In this document: positions 25,788 to 36,969 of the stretch, piece after piece | Layout of the letters: each line of letters opens with the position of its first letter | Position numbering within the stretch: position 1 is the stretch's first letter | Assembly: GCA_040768745.1 (NCBI GenBank) | Contig: JAXGMI010000001.1 | Location: 1,120,001 to 1,184,000, forward strand | Reading direction: 5' to 3' | DNA length: 64,000 nt | DNA from: Desulfomicrobium sp. | GTDB taxonomy: Bacteria; Desulfobacterota; Desulfovibrionia; Desulfovibrionales; Desulfomicrobiaceae | Notes under the pieces: model-generated | Seen by the model: the letters and a program-made list of their open reading frames with translations, nothing else | The model's database searches: none | Told to the model about the DNA's origin: nothing | Position numbers and translations under genes: made by a program

Positions 25788-26851
25788 GGTCGGCCCCCGG
25801 CAGTATTGACAAGGAATTCCTCGACGCGGGTGATCAGAAGGTCAAGGGAATTGTCCCGCCCCCTGGACCAGAAATCCGTTTTCATCTCCAGAAGCTCTTC
25901 AGGGCCGCGCTGCAGCAGGGCGGACAGCGCGCAGGCCAGCTCCTGCGGGGTGGTCGGCTCGGGCAGCAGCAGGGCGCTGGCTGACTCCGGCCAGACCTCG
26001 CCGACGCCCCCGACGTTCCGGGCCACGCAGACGAGCCCTTCGGCCATGGCCTCGAGCAGGGAGTTGGGCAGACCCTCGCGCCAGGAGGGAAGGAGGAAGA
26101 CGTCCGCCTGGCGCAGGATGGCCCTGACATCTTTCTGGAAGCCGTGCCAGACCACCCGGTCGCCAAGCCCCAGTTCCACGGCCACCCGCCTCAGCTCCTC
26201 TTCGATGCGGCCCGTGCCGACAACGTGGTATTCGAAGGGGTGGCCCTCCTCCTTGAGCTGGTTCAGGGCCAGAAGTGCGTCCCTGTGCCCTTTGTCCGCA
26301 TTGAGCTGGCTCGTGGAAATGAACCGCACGGGGGAGTGGACTGGGCCAGGCGGGAGGGGACTCGGCTCCTTGCCCGTGAGGATGACGGTGATTTCCCCGG
26401 CCTCGAGATAGGGGAGGTGGCGGAGCAGGCCGCGCTGGATCTGCTGGCAGGGGACCAGGATGCGGGGTTTGATCCATCGGTGCAGGGCGCGCACCTTGAA
26501 CGTGTCGTCCATGTCGCCGGCCAGACCGACCCGGTGCACAACCGGGATGCCAAGCAGCTTGGCGGCAATGCCTGCCGTGCGCATGTCCTTGCCGACGTTG
26601 ACCACGACCAGTTCGGTGTGCTGGGCCGTGAACATGCGGACGAATTTGAGGATCAGGGCCGGGTTGAAATCCGGGCCGAAACGGAGGCCAACGGCGGACA
26701 GCCCCTTTTCCAGGGCTTTGTCCACAAATGGTCCTGGCCGGCCGACGAGGCGGACATGGTGCCCCCGCTGGGCCAGACCATGCGCGACATCCAGGGTCCA
26801 GCTTTTGACTCCCCCCCATTTTCTGGTGGAATTGACAAAAGCGATGTTCAT
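25784..26851 (-). CDS. GT4-family glycosyltransferase
   Basis: 'NSTRKWGGVK', 'KGH', 'LLPSWREGLPNSLLEAMAEG'. Confidence 0.88.
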   Translation of the reverse strand: MNIAFVNSTRKWGGVKSWTLDVAHGLAQRGHHVRLVGRPGPFVDKALEKGLSAVGLRFGPDFNPALILKFVRMFTAQHTELVVVNVGKDMRTAGIAAKLLGIPVVHRVGLAGDMDDTFKVRALHRWIKPRILVPCQQIQRGLLRHLPYLEAGEITVILTGKEPSPLPPGPVHSPVRFISTSQLNADKGHRDALLALNQLKEEGHPFEYHVVGTGRIEEELRRVAVELGLGDRVVWHGFQKDVRAILRQADVFLLPSWREGLPNSLLEAMAEGLVCVARNVGGVGEVWPESASALLLPEPTTPQELACALSALLQRGPEELLEMKTDFWSRGRDNSLDLLITRVEEFLVNTAGGRP

Positions 26852-27840
26852 GGTTGTTTTCCGCCACCGGCCAGGGGGGCGAGGGTTTTGAGGGACAGGG
26901 CCAGGGTTTTGAGGGCGAGCCAGGGCCTCGACTTCCTGTCCCTGACGGCCAGCCTGCCGGTGCGCATGGGGTCTGTTCCAGGTCCGACCGGGGTCCGATC
27001 CAGGTTCAGCACCCCGGAATATCCGGCCTGCGCAGCCGCCTTCAGGGTCACTCCGTCGTACTGCCCCCAGGGCAGACAGAGGAAGGGGCAAGGCCGGTTC
27101 AAGACACTTTCGAGGAATATTCTGCTGGCCGAAAAGTCTTCCAGGCAGAAGGCCAGCCGTGCGGGCTCCGGATTCAGCTCCAAGGGGCGCCCATGCCGGT
27201 CCAGACCGAATCCGGCGTGCGCATAGGCGCTGCCCACGGGATGGACCGGGGTCTCAGGAGGGCTGTCCGGACCGCACAGAAAGCGGTGGCTCCAGTGGCT
27301 GTTGTCGGCCAGGAAGCCTGCGTGTTCGGAATTGATGAAGCAGGCTTGATGGGCTGCGGAGTGGGAGTATACCTCCATGCCCAGGTCGTGCACCAGGGAT
27401 TGGATTTCGGCCTGGTTCATGAATCCCTGGACGTGTCCGTGCAGCGCATTGCGCATGATGTCGGGGAAGGCGGGGATGGGTTCCAGGGGGGCGGCCTGGT
27501 CGGCCCGTGGTCGGGCCTGCCCGGGGCGGAGGAAATCGGTGATGGCAAAAAAAACACCGACCATGTCCCGCTGGATCAGTTCGGGGACGGCATAGACCCA
27601 GTTGTCCAGGGTGCAGTCGTCGAAGGTGATGACCATGGCCGGGCCGAGCAGCGCCGTGCCACCCGTGACGGCCTTGAACAGGCGGGACAGGCCGATGGTC
27701 CGAAAGCCCATCTTCCGGAGCAGATCCAGGTGGCCGCCGAATTTTTGCGGGGTCATCCCGCTTTCGGGGCGCACCTGATGGTAACAGAGGACCGGGATGC
27801 CCACCCCGAGAGCTGACTGGGCCAGGGACAGGATACTCAT
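26848..27840 (-). CDS. Polysaccharide deacetylase (NodB/CE4) family protein
   Basis: 'PVLCYHQV', 'ITFDD', 'SHSAAH', 'LPWG'. Confidence 0.88.
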   Translation of the reverse strand: MSILSLAQSALGVGIPVLCYHQVRPESGMTPQKFGGHLDLLRKMGFRTIGLSRLFKAVTGGTALLGPAMVITFDDCTLDNWVYAVPELIQRDMVGVFFAITDFLRPGQARPRADQAAPLEPIPAFPDIMRNALHGHVQGFMNQAEIQSLVHDLGMEVYSHSAAHQACFINSEHAGFLADNSHWSHRFLCGPDSPPETPVHPVGSAYAHAGFGLDRHGRPLELNPEPARLAFCLEDFSASRIFLESVLNRPCPFLCLPWGQYDGVTLKAAAQAGYSGVLNLDRTPVGPGTDPMRTGRLAVRDRKSRPWLALKTLALSLKTLAPLAGGGKQP

Positions 27841-27918
27841 GGCCGCGGGGCTTGCCTGGAGCCTTGCCCTGGCCAGGTCCCGGCCCGGGATCCGTTCGTG
27901 ATCCGAAAGAGTGCCTGT

Positions 27919-28677
27919 TTACGCATACCCATCCAGGATTTTCTTGGCCAGCACGGCCGCGCCAAAGCCGTTGTCGATGTTGACCACGCCCACGCCCGGC
28001 GCGCAGGAGTTGAGCATGGCCAGGAGCGGGGCCAGCCCCGCGAAGTTGGCCCCATATCCGGTCGAGGTCGGGACCGCAATGATCGGCGCCTTGACCAGGC
28101 CGCCCAGGACGCTGGGCAGGGCCCCTTCCATGCCGGCCACGGCGATGAGGACCTTGGCCTGCCGGAGGGTGCCCAGGTGCGGCATGAGCCGGTGCAGCCC
28201 GGCCACGCCCACGTCGGACACGAGGCTGGCCGAGAGACCCAGGAACCTGGCTACGCCCAGAGCTTCGCGGGCCACGGGCAGGTCTGTGGATCCGGCCGTG
28301 ACGATGAGCAGGTCCGAGTTCGGAGCCTTGGGGTCAGCGGCTTCCAGGTTTCGGCCCAGGCAGAAAAGCCCAGCCTCCTCCCACAGGTGTCCCGAGGGAA
28401 ACGTTCTGGCCAGTTCCCGGCCGTGCTCCAGGGATAGGCGGGTGGCCAGGACCGGGTGATGGTTGGCCAGTTCCGCCATGGCCATCCTGATCTGGTCCAC
28501 GGGCTTGCCCTGGCCGTAGATGACCTCGCCCACGCCCGTACGCTCCAGTCGTCCGGGGTCAACGCGCAGATCCTCCAGGCCTTGGGCGAGGCGCTGGACG
28601 CCTGCAATCGCAGCTGCTGGCGAGAGGGTTCCTGAAGCGACGTCGCGCAGCAGGCTGTGGAGTTGGTCAATGTTCAT
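27919..28677 (-). CDS. larB: Nickel-pincer cofactor biosynthesis carboxylase LarB
   Basis: 'RLERTGVGEVIYGQGK', 'AGSTDLPVA.EA', 'DVGVAGLHRL', 'AGMEGAL', 'VPTSTGYG', 'VNIDNGFGAA'. Confidence 0.93.
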   Translation of the reverse strand: MNIDQLHSLLRDVASGTLSPAAAIAGVQRLAQGLEDLRVDPGRLERTGVGEVIYGQGKPVDQIRMAMAELANHHPVLATRLSLEHGRELARTFPSGHLWEEAGLFCLGRNLEAADPKAPNSDLLIVTAGSTDLPVAREALGVARFLGLSASLVSDVGVAGLHRLMPHLGTLRQAKVLIAVAGMEGALPSVLGGLVKAPIIAVPTSTGYGANFAGLAPLLAMLNSCAPGVGVVNIDNGFGAAVLAKKILDGYA

Positions 28678-28818
28678 GGCGGATGATGATAGGGCTGGGC
28701 TGGCCCGGAAAATTTGTGGCAATATCCGGTATTCCGTAACAGACGGACCGGGCCGGGGCAAGTTCCTCCAGACCGCTTATATTGCCAAGAACCTGGGGAA
28801 AAGATAGCGTCCTCCGCC

Positions 28819-30219
28819 ATGGCTCCCATGCGCATCCTCTTCATCGCTCGCTCCGAATGCGTTTCACCGTTGCACGCGGAGTTGAAGGCCCATGCGTGCC
28901 AGGCCATGGTCGTGGAGGACCGGACCTCGGCCTTGAAGGTTCTGGGGAGCCACAAGCTCGATCTCGTTTTCACCCAGCCGTCGCTGCCAGGGTACCGGGC
29001 CCAGGACCTGCTGGATTCCGTGCAGGCGGACCCCAGCGGCGTTCCAGTCATTGTCTTCGCGGAAAAGGGCAGTGCGGAAGAGGCGCGGTTTTTCATGGAA
29101 CTGGGGGCCCATGACTACTGGTCAGGCCCATTGACCTGGGAGCGGATCCAGGCAGTCCTGCCCGGAGATATCCCGGCCCAGCCTGCCAGGCCTGAGCCGC
29201 GCAGGGACCTGCCCATCGTCGGGCGCCATCCCAGCCTGGGCCGTGTGCTGGCCCTGGCTCGGCAGGTGGCGGCGTCCAGGGCCACGGTGCTCATCACCGG
29301 GGAATCCGGCACGGGCAAGGAGATGTTCGCCCGCTATATCCACGCCCATTCAGGCCGGGAAAACAACCCGTTCGTGGCCGTGAATTGCGCGGCCCTGCCC
29401 GAGCATCTGTTGGAAAGCGAACTCTTCGGGCACGAGAAGGGGGCCTTCACCGGGGCCATTTCCCGCAAACTGGGCAAATTCGAGTCGGCCAACGGAGGGA
29501 CCCTCCTCCTGGACGAGATTTCCGAGATGGACGTGGGCCTGCAGGCCAAGCTGCTGCGCGCCCTGCAGGAAGGGGAGATCGACCGGGTGGGCGGAACCGA
29601 CACGGTCAAGGTCGACGTGCGCGTTCTGGCCACCACCAATCGGAATCTGGAAGAGAGCGTCGAAAAAGGCCAGTTCCGCCAGGATCTCTACTATCGCCTG
29701 AACGTCATCCCCCTGCGCCTCCCGCCGTTGCGCGAGCGTGGTGATGACGTCCTCGTGCTGGCCGAATCTTTCATGCGTCGCTATGCCCAGGAATACGGCC
29801 TCGGGCCCCTGCAGTTGTCGGAGGAGGCCAGGACCTGGCTCCTGGACCACGACTGGCCCGGGAACGTGCGCGAGCTGCAGAACCTGATGGAGAGGGCCGT
29901 GCTCCTGGCTGGCCCAGGACCCATCCGCAAGATTCATTTCCTGCTCGAAGGCGAGGAGTGGTTCCCCTCCTCCGGGGCAGGGGAGGTGGATGACGGCCGG
30001 GATGACGAGGACAGTCCCTCCTCCCCGGATCAGGTCCGGCCGCCCGATGCCGACGGCCGCATCCCGACCATCCAGGAAATGGAAATGCACCTGATTATGA
30101 AAAGCCTGGACCGTACCCAGGGCAACAGGACCAGGGCCTCGGAGCTGCTGGGAATTTCCGTGCGCACCCTGCGCAACAAACTGAGTGAATACAGAAAAGT
30201 CGGCCTGGACATCCCCTGA
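28819..30219 (+). CDS. sigma54-dependent activator (bEBP) with degenerate receiver domain; FleQ/FlrA-like
   Basis: GESGTGKE, GAFTGA, WPGNVREL, Fis-type HTH. Receiver lacks the phospho-Asp. Start could also be 28828. Confidence 0.88.
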   Translation: MAPMRILFIARSECVSPLHAELKAHACQAMVVEDRTSALKVLGSHKLDLVFTQPSLPGYRAQDLLDSVQADPSGVPVIVFAEKGSAEEARFFMELGAHDYWSGPLTWERIQAVLPGDIPAQPARPEPRRDLPIVGRHPSLGRVLALARQVAASRATVLITGESGTGKEMFARYIHAHSGRENNPFVAVNCAALPEHLLESELFGHEKGAFTGAISRKLGKFESANGGTLLLDEISEMDVGLQAKLLRALQEGEIDRVGGTDTVKVDVRVLATTNRNLEESVEKGQFRQDLYYRLNVIPLRLPPLRERGDDVLVLAESFMRRYAQEYGLGPLQLSEEARTWLLDHDWPGNVRELQNLMERAVLLAGPGPIRKIHFLLEGEEWFPSSGAGEVDDGRDDEDSPSSPDQVRPPDADGRIPTIQEMEMHLIMKSLDRTQGNRTRASELLGISVRTLRNKLSEYRKVGLDIP

Positions 30220-30246
30220 AGGATGGGCCGCAGAGGAGTGAATATC

Positions 30247-31440
30247 ATGGTGCTCAGCACGCAAGTTGACGGGTATCTGGCCAAGGCGTCCTGGATCAGG
30301 CGCATGTTCGAGGCAGGCATCGAGTTGAAGAAACAGTATGGCGACGAGAACGTGTACGACTTCAGCCTCGGCAACCCCGATCTTGCCCCGCCCCAGGCCG
30401 TGGCGCAAGGACTGCGCGATCTGGCCGAGGAGGCCGGGCAGCCCTTTGCATTCGGCTACATGCCCAATGCGGGCTACCCTGTTGTGCGCGAGCAGCTGGC
30501 CGGGGTTGTCTCCGCCGAGCAGGAGACCCCGGTGGGTCCTGGCCAGATCGTGGTCACCTGCGGGGCTGCCGGAGGCATCAACGCCCTGTTCCGGGCTGTC
30601 CTCGAACCCAAGGATGAAGTGCTCTGCCCGGCCCCGTATTTCGTGGAATACGGATTCTATGCCGAGAACCATCAAGGCCGGCTCAGGTCCGTTCCGTCCA
30701 AGCCCCTGACCTTTGCGTTGGACCTGAAGGCCCTGGCCGGAGCCATCACCGATCGTACCCGTTGCGTGCTGATCAATTCGCCCAACAACCCCACGGGCCG
30801 CATCTATTCGGCCGAGGAATTGACCGAGCTGGCCGAGATCCTGCGCAAGGCCTCGGCCAGGACGGGTCGACCCATCTTCCTGGTCTCGGACGAGCCCTAT
30901 CGCTTCCTGGCCTATGACGGGGCCACGGTGCCGGCGATTTTTCCGCTCTATGAAAACAGCGTGGTGGTCAGCTCCTTTTCCAAGAACCTGGCCCTGGCCG
31001 GCGAACGGGTTGGGTATGTGGCCGTGAACCCGGCCATGGCTGACGGAGATCGCCTGGTGGCAGGAGTGATTCTGGCCAACCGCATTCTCGGGTTTGTCAA
31101 CGCCCCGGCCGTGGGGCAGAAACTTTTGGTCAAGGCCCTGGGGCACGAGGTGGACGCTTCGATCTATGCGCGGCGTCGGGAGGCCATGGCCGAGGTGCTG
31201 CGCGAGGCCGGGTTCCAGTTCTCCCTGCCCCAGGGGGCGTTTTATTTCTTCCCGCGCATTCCCAAGGGCGGGGACGACTCCGCCTTTGTGGCTGAATTGA
31301 TGCAGGAGCAGATCCTGGCCGTGCCAGGTTCGGGCTTTGGATATCCAGGGTATTTCCGGCTGGCCTTCTGCGTGGACGAAGCCGTCATCCGCGGTTCGGC
31401 GCCCGGTTTCGCGCGGGCCTTCGCCCGGGCCGTGGGCTAG
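30247..31440 (+). CDS. PLP-dependent class I/II aminotransferase (aspartate aminotransferase-like)
   Basis: 'FSLGNP', 'NSPNNPTG', 'SDEPY', 'SFSKNLALAGERVGY'. Confidence 0.92.
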   Translation: MVLSTQVDGYLAKASWIRRMFEAGIELKKQYGDENVYDFSLGNPDLAPPQAVAQGLRDLAEEAGQPFAFGYMPNAGYPVVREQLAGVVSAEQETPVGPGQIVVTCGAAGGINALFRAVLEPKDEVLCPAPYFVEYGFYAENHQGRLRSVPSKPLTFALDLKALAGAITDRTRCVLINSPNNPTGRIYSAEELTELAEILRKASARTGRPIFLVSDEPYRFLAYDGATVPAIFPLYENSVVVSSFSKNLALAGERVGYVAVNPAMADGDRLVAGVILANRILGFVNAPAVGQKLLVKALGHEVDASIYARRREAMAEVLREAGFQFSLPQGAFYFFPRIPKGGDDSAFVAELMQEQILAVPGSGFGYPGYFRLAFCVDEAVIRGSAPGFARAFARAVG

Positions 31441-31465
31441 GAGCCCCCGCACGGCCCGTCTTTTT

Positions 31466-31508
31466 GGCCCGGAAGCCCCCAGGCAGACTGCCTGGGGGCT
31501 TCCGGGCC
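31466..31508. repeat. Perfect 21-bp inverted repeat with 1-nt spacer
   Basis: GGCCCGGAAGCCCCCAGGCAG-A-CTGCCTGGGGGCTTCCGGGCC, directly before a TTGACG-N17-TATGCA candidate ffh promoter. Confidence 0.85.
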
Positions 31509-31577
31509 CGTACTTGACGGGTGCATTGAACTTGTCTATGCAACCCTACTTCTTTTCCCTAGCGCAGGTGCCCTTTC

Positions 31578-33062
<1,485 letters not shown>

Positions 33063-33140
33063 ATGGGCAGTGACCAGCCTGGTTCAGGACCGGTCTGGCC
33101 TCGCGCCTGCATACTACATTACAGTTCAGGGAGAACAACA

Positions 33141-33386
33141 ATGGCTTTGAAACTCAGACTGACCCGCATGGGCTCCAAGAAAAAACCGTTTTACCGCATC
33201 GTGGCAGTGGACTCCGCGTCACGTCGTGATGGCCGTGCGCTCGACTATGTCGGCTACTACAACCCCATGACCGACCCGGCGGAGATCAAGTTCGATCAGG
33301 ACAAGGTCAAATCCTGGATGGAACGGGGCGCCCAACCCTCGGATACCGTTCGCTCCTTGCTAAAAAAGTCTGGATTCAGTAGTTAG
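33141..33386 (+). CDS. rpsP: 30S ribosomal protein S16
   Basis: '[36 protein letters not shown]'. Confidence 0.98.
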   Translation: MALKLRLTRMGSKKKPFYRIVAVDSASRRDGRALDYVGYYNPMTDPAEIKFDQDKVKSWMERGAQPSDTVRSLLKKSGFSS

Positions 33387-33451
33387 TACCTCCAAGACCC
33401 GTCGCGGGATTCGACGAGCGGTTCCACAGTTCTTCCAGCGGAGGTGCCCCT

Positions 33452-33685
33452 ATGCTCAAGGATTTGATCGAATTCATCGCCAAGTCCCTGGTGGACAATC
33501 CGGACAGTGTATCCGTTTCTGAAATCGAGGGAGAGCAGACTTCCGTCATAGAGTTGAAGGTGGCCAAGGAGGATCTCGGCAAGGTCATCGGCAAGCAGGG
33601 GCGCACGGCCAGGGCCATGCGCACCATTCTGGGCGCGGCCTCGACCAAGGCCAGAAAGCGCTCTGTCCTGGAGATCCTGGAGTAG
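33452..33685 (+). CDS. khpA: KH-domain RNA-binding protein
   Basis: '[17 protein letters not shown]'; canonical position between rpsP and rimM. Confidence 0.95.
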   Translation: MLKDLIEFIAKSLVDNPDSVSVSEIEGEQTSVIELKVAKEDLGKVIGKQGRTARAMRTILGAASTKARKRSVLEILE

Positions 33686-33686
33686 C

Positions 33687-34235
33687 GTGGTCCAAGAGAA
33701 TCCGGATCCGGTGAAACTCGTAGAGCTGGGACGGGTCCACAAACCACACGGTCTGAAGGGGGAGCTCTGCATCGACATGTATGCGGACTCCCCTTTCCTC
33801 TTTGAGGGTCTGCGCCGCGTCTATCTGCGCCTGCCGGGCAAGAAGCCGAAACCCTGCATCCTGGAGGCGTGGCGTCCGCACCAGGGTCGGGCCTTGATTC
33901 TGGTGGACCGCTGTCAAGGCCGGGACCAGGCGGAGTCCTGGCGCGGGGCAGAGGTGTTGGTCCGGGAGCGGGATCTGCCGCCCGTTGACCAGGACCGCAT
34001 GCTGCCCGACAAACTGCTGGGACTGCCGGTCAGGGATGTGAGGGGCGAGGACGTGGGTGTCCTGGAGGACATTCAGGACATTGCCGGGCAGGAGGTCTGG
34101 ATCATCCGTGACACGGCCGGGCACGAGATCCTGCTGCCTGCCGTGGAGCAATTCGTAATCGACATAGACCTTGACACCGGACTCATCCGGATAGATCCCC
34201 CCGAGGGCCTGCTGGAACTGTACCAACATCCATGA
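33687..34235 (+). CDS. rimM: Ribosome maturation factor
   Basis: 'GRVHKPHGLKGE', PRC barrel 'EILLPAVEQFVIDID..PPEGLL'. Confidence 0.95.
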   Translation: MVQENPDPVKLVELGRVHKPHGLKGELCIDMYADSPFLFEGLRRVYLRLPGKKPKPCILEAWRPHQGRALILVDRCQGRDQAESWRGAEVLVRERDLPPVDQDRMLPDKLLGLPVRDVRGEDVGVLEDIQDIAGQEVWIIRDTAGHEILLPAVEQFVIDIDLDTGLIRIDPPEGLLELYQHP

Positions 34236-34273
34236 CCAGGCATCGCTTCTCCGGGCATGGAGCAGAAGCAGGA

Positions 34274-35548
34274 ATGCGATTTTCCGTCATCACCATTTTT
34301 CCTGAATTTTTCGACTCCCCCCTGTCCTGCGGGATCCTTTCCAAGGCCAGGGAAAAAGGTCTGGTGGCCTTCAGGTTTATCAATCCTCGCGAGTATTCGA
34401 CGGACAAACACCACAACGTCGATGACCGTCCCTACGGGGGCGGACCGGGCATGGTCATGGCCGTGGATCCCCTCCGGCGGGCCCTGGACACCCTTCCCTC
34501 CTCCGCCCGGATCCTTGTGCTCAGCCCCAAGGGACGGCCCTTGACCCAGGACCTGGCCCGGGATCTGGCCCAGGAAGAGGAATTAGCCCTGGTGTGCGGC
34601 CGTTACGAGGGCATAGACGCCCGCCTGGAGCAGCTTTGCCCCATGGAACTTGTGTCTGTGGGCGATTTCGTGCTCAACGGAGGGGAGGCCGGGGCCCTGT
34701 GCCTGATCGAGGCCGTTGGACGGCTCATCCCGGACTTCATGGGCAAGGACGAGAGTGCCGACGAGGAAAGTTTCAGTTCCGGCCTGCTGGAGTATCCGCA
34801 CTATACCAGGCCCGAGGAATACCAGGGGCTGAAGGTGCCGGAGGTGCTTTCTTCCGGCCACCATGGCCGCATTGCTGCGTGGCGGCGGGAGAAGAGCCTG
34901 GAGGCCACCCTGTCCCTGCGGCCCGACATCCTGGACCGTGCGCTGCTGACAGGCGAGGACATCCGGTATCTCAAGGGGTTGGAAAGAACGAGGCCGGGAA
35001 GAAACCTGCATGTGGCCCTGGTCCATTATCCGGTGGAAAATAAATCGGGCCAAACCGTGACAACCTCTTTGACAAACCTGGACCTCCACGATATTGCACG
35101 CGTTTCGTGCACCTATGGTCTGGGTGGATACTATATCTGCACGCCTGTAAGGGACCAGCAACAACTGGCACACACCCTGATCGGCCACTGGCGCGAAGGG
35201 TACGGCCTGAAGGCCAATCCCGACCGGGGAGTGGCCCTGGCGCGGGTGAAGGTGGTCAGCCTTCTCGGTGAAGCCATCGCAGACATAACGGAGCGCACAG
35301 GGCAGCGGCCCAGAGTCGTCGGCACCAGCGCCAAGGCCGGCACGCTGACCTTTGCCCAGGTCTCAGCCTGGCTCGCAGGGGATCCTGTGCTGCTGGTTCT
35401 GGGCACGGGGCATGGACTGCACGGCAGCCTGCTGGCGGACGCCGACGGCACGCTCAGGGCTATACGCTTCATGGACAGGTACAACCATCTTTCCGTCCGC
35501 TCGGCGGCGTCCATCATGGTGGACCGGCTGCTGGGCGATGCGGGGTAG
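34274..35548 (+). CDS. trmD: tRNA (m1G37) methyltransferase fused to a C-terminal SPOUT-like RNA methyltransferase domain
   Basis: '[11 protein letters not shown]', 'CGRYEGID', 'GDFVLNGGE', 'LEYPHYTRP'. Extension '[31 protein letters not shown]'. Confidence 0.95.
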   Translation: MRFSVITIFPEFFDSPLSCGILSKAREKGLVAFRFINPREYSTDKHHNVDDRPYGGGPGMVMAVDPLRRALDTLPSSARILVLSPKGRPLTQDLARDLAQEEELALVCGRYEGIDARLEQLCPMELVSVGDFVLNGGEAGALCLIEAVGRLIPDFMGKDESADEESFSSGLLEYPHYTRPEEYQGLKVPEVLSSGHHGRIAAWRREKSLEATLSLRPDILDRALLTGEDIRYLKGLERTRPGRNLHVALVHYPVENKSGQTVTTSLTNLDLHDIARVSCTYGLGGYYICTPVRDQQQLAHTLIGHWREGYGLKANPDRGVALARVKVVSLLGEAIADITERTGQRPRVVGTSAKAGTLTFAQVSAWLAGDPVLLVLGTGHGLHGSLLADADGTLRAIRFMDRYNHLSVRSAASIMVDRLLGDAG

Positions 35549-35595
35549 ACGCACACTTGGCAGCTTGCGGGCTGCTTCAGATAAAGGAGAAGATC

Positions 35596-35943
35596 ATGCA
35601 TATCATTCAAAAGATTGAAAACGAACACCTGCGCGCTGACCTGCCCAAATTCCGGGCCGGGGACACTGTCAAGGTGCATACCCGCATCATCGAAGGGGAA
35701 AAGGAACGCATCCAGGTGTTCCAGGGTGTCGTCCTGCGGGTCAAGAAGGGAACGACCGACGGGTCGTTCATCGTGCGCAAGGTTTCCGATGGTATCGGCG
35801 TGGAGCGGATCTTCCCTCTGCACGCCCCGTCCATCGATCGCATCGAGGTGGTGTCCGAAGGCGTGGTTCGCCAGAGCCGCATTTTCTACCTGCGCCGTCT
35901 CAAAGGCAAGGCAGCACGCATCAAGACCAAGAACGCCTGGTAG
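35596..35943 (+). CDS. rplS: 50S ribosomal protein L19
   Basis: AAGGAG RBS. '[30 protein letters not shown]'. Confidence 0.98.
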   Translation: MHIIQKIENEHLRADLPKFRAGDTVKVHTRIIEGEKERIQVFQGVVLRVKKGTTDGSFIVRKVSDGIGVERIFPLHAPSIDRIEVVSEGVVRQSRIFYLRRLKGKAARIKTKNAW

Positions 35944-35950
35944 GGCGCAT

Positions 35951-36583
35951 GTGCTCGTTTTGAGCCGTCCTGGAAGGCCGTGGCAGCACGTAGACGCTCC
36001 CGTTGCCGGCATCGACGAGGCCGGCCGGGGCTGTCTGGCCGGACCGGTGGTGGCGGGGGCCGTGATTTTGCCTTCCTTCTATGACCTCCCAGGGCTGACG
36101 GATTCGAAAAGACTTTCCGCGCGGCAACGCGCATTGCTCGCGCAAGCCATCAAGGCCCAGGCTCTATCCTGGGCCTTAGGTTTTTCCTGGCCTCGAGAAA
36201 TCGAACGCATCAACATCTTGCAGGCCACCTTGCAAGCCATGGCCAGGGCAGAGGCCGCCTTGACGGTCCGTCCTGTCCTGGTGCTGGTGGACGGCAACCA
36301 GCCATTTCCCTCGGCCGTGCGGCAAAAAACCGTGGTCGGCGGGGACGCAATTCATCCGTGCATTTCTGCCGCTTCCATCCTGGCCAAGACCTTCCGGGAC
36401 CGCCTTCTGGAACTGATGGACGTCCGTTATCCAGGATATGGGTTGTCCAGGCACAAAGGCTATGGAACCAGGGAACACCTGCAGGCCCTGGACAGGCTCG
36501 GACCATGCCCCGTGCATCGGATGACCTTCAAGGGGGTGCGCCCCGGGCAGGAGGAGCGGCAGTTATGCCTGCCCGGCATCTGA
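35951..36583 (+). CDS. rnhB: Ribonuclease HII
   Basis: 'AGIDEAGRGCLAGPV', 'DSKRL', 'VDGN', 'AASILAK', 'HKGYGT'. Start codon uncertain. Confidence 0.95.
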   Translation: MLVLSRPGRPWQHVDAPVAGIDEAGRGCLAGPVVAGAVILPSFYDLPGLTDSKRLSARQRALLAQAIKAQALSWALGFSWPREIERINILQATLQAMARAEAALTVRPVLVLVDGNQPFPSAVRQKTVVGGDAIHPCISAASILAKTFRDRLLELMDVRYPGYGLSRHKGYGTREHLQALDRLGPCPVHRMTFKGVRPGQEERQLCLPGI

Positions 36584-36969
36584 TCACGGGCCAGACCGGC
36601 GAGGACCTGGCGGCCGCGTTTCTGACCGAGAAGGGGTTGCGCGTTCGGCAGCGGAACTTTCGCTGCCGAGGCGGCGAAATCGACCTGATCTGCGAGGACC
36701 GGGGAACAGTGGTCTTTGTGGAGGTCAAGACGCGTTCCGGCGCCGTGCGCGGAGAACCGGGCGAGGCGGTGTGCGCAGCCAAGCAAGAACGCCTGATCAG
36801 GGCCGCAAGCCTGTACCTGAGCCACATCAAGGCCTGGGACCGGCCGTGTCGCTTCGATCTGGTCAGCGTGGTCATGCACGCGGCGGATGCGGCCATAGAA
36901 CATTGGGAGGATATCATCGATGTACGGGACGGTCTGGGTCGTGGCCACGCCCCTTGGCAACCTTGGTGA
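36565..36969 (+). CDS. yraN: YraN family (UPF0102) putative endonuclease
   Basis: 'GEDLAA', 'GEIDLI', 'FVEVKTR', 'RFD'. Confidence 0.93.
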   Translation: MPARHLITGQTGEDLAAAFLTEKGLRVRQRNFRCRGGEIDLICEDRGTVVFVEVKTRSGAVRGEPGEAVCAAKQERLIRAASLYLSHIKAWDRPCRFDLVSVVMHAADAAIEHWEDIIDVRDGLGRGHAPWQPW

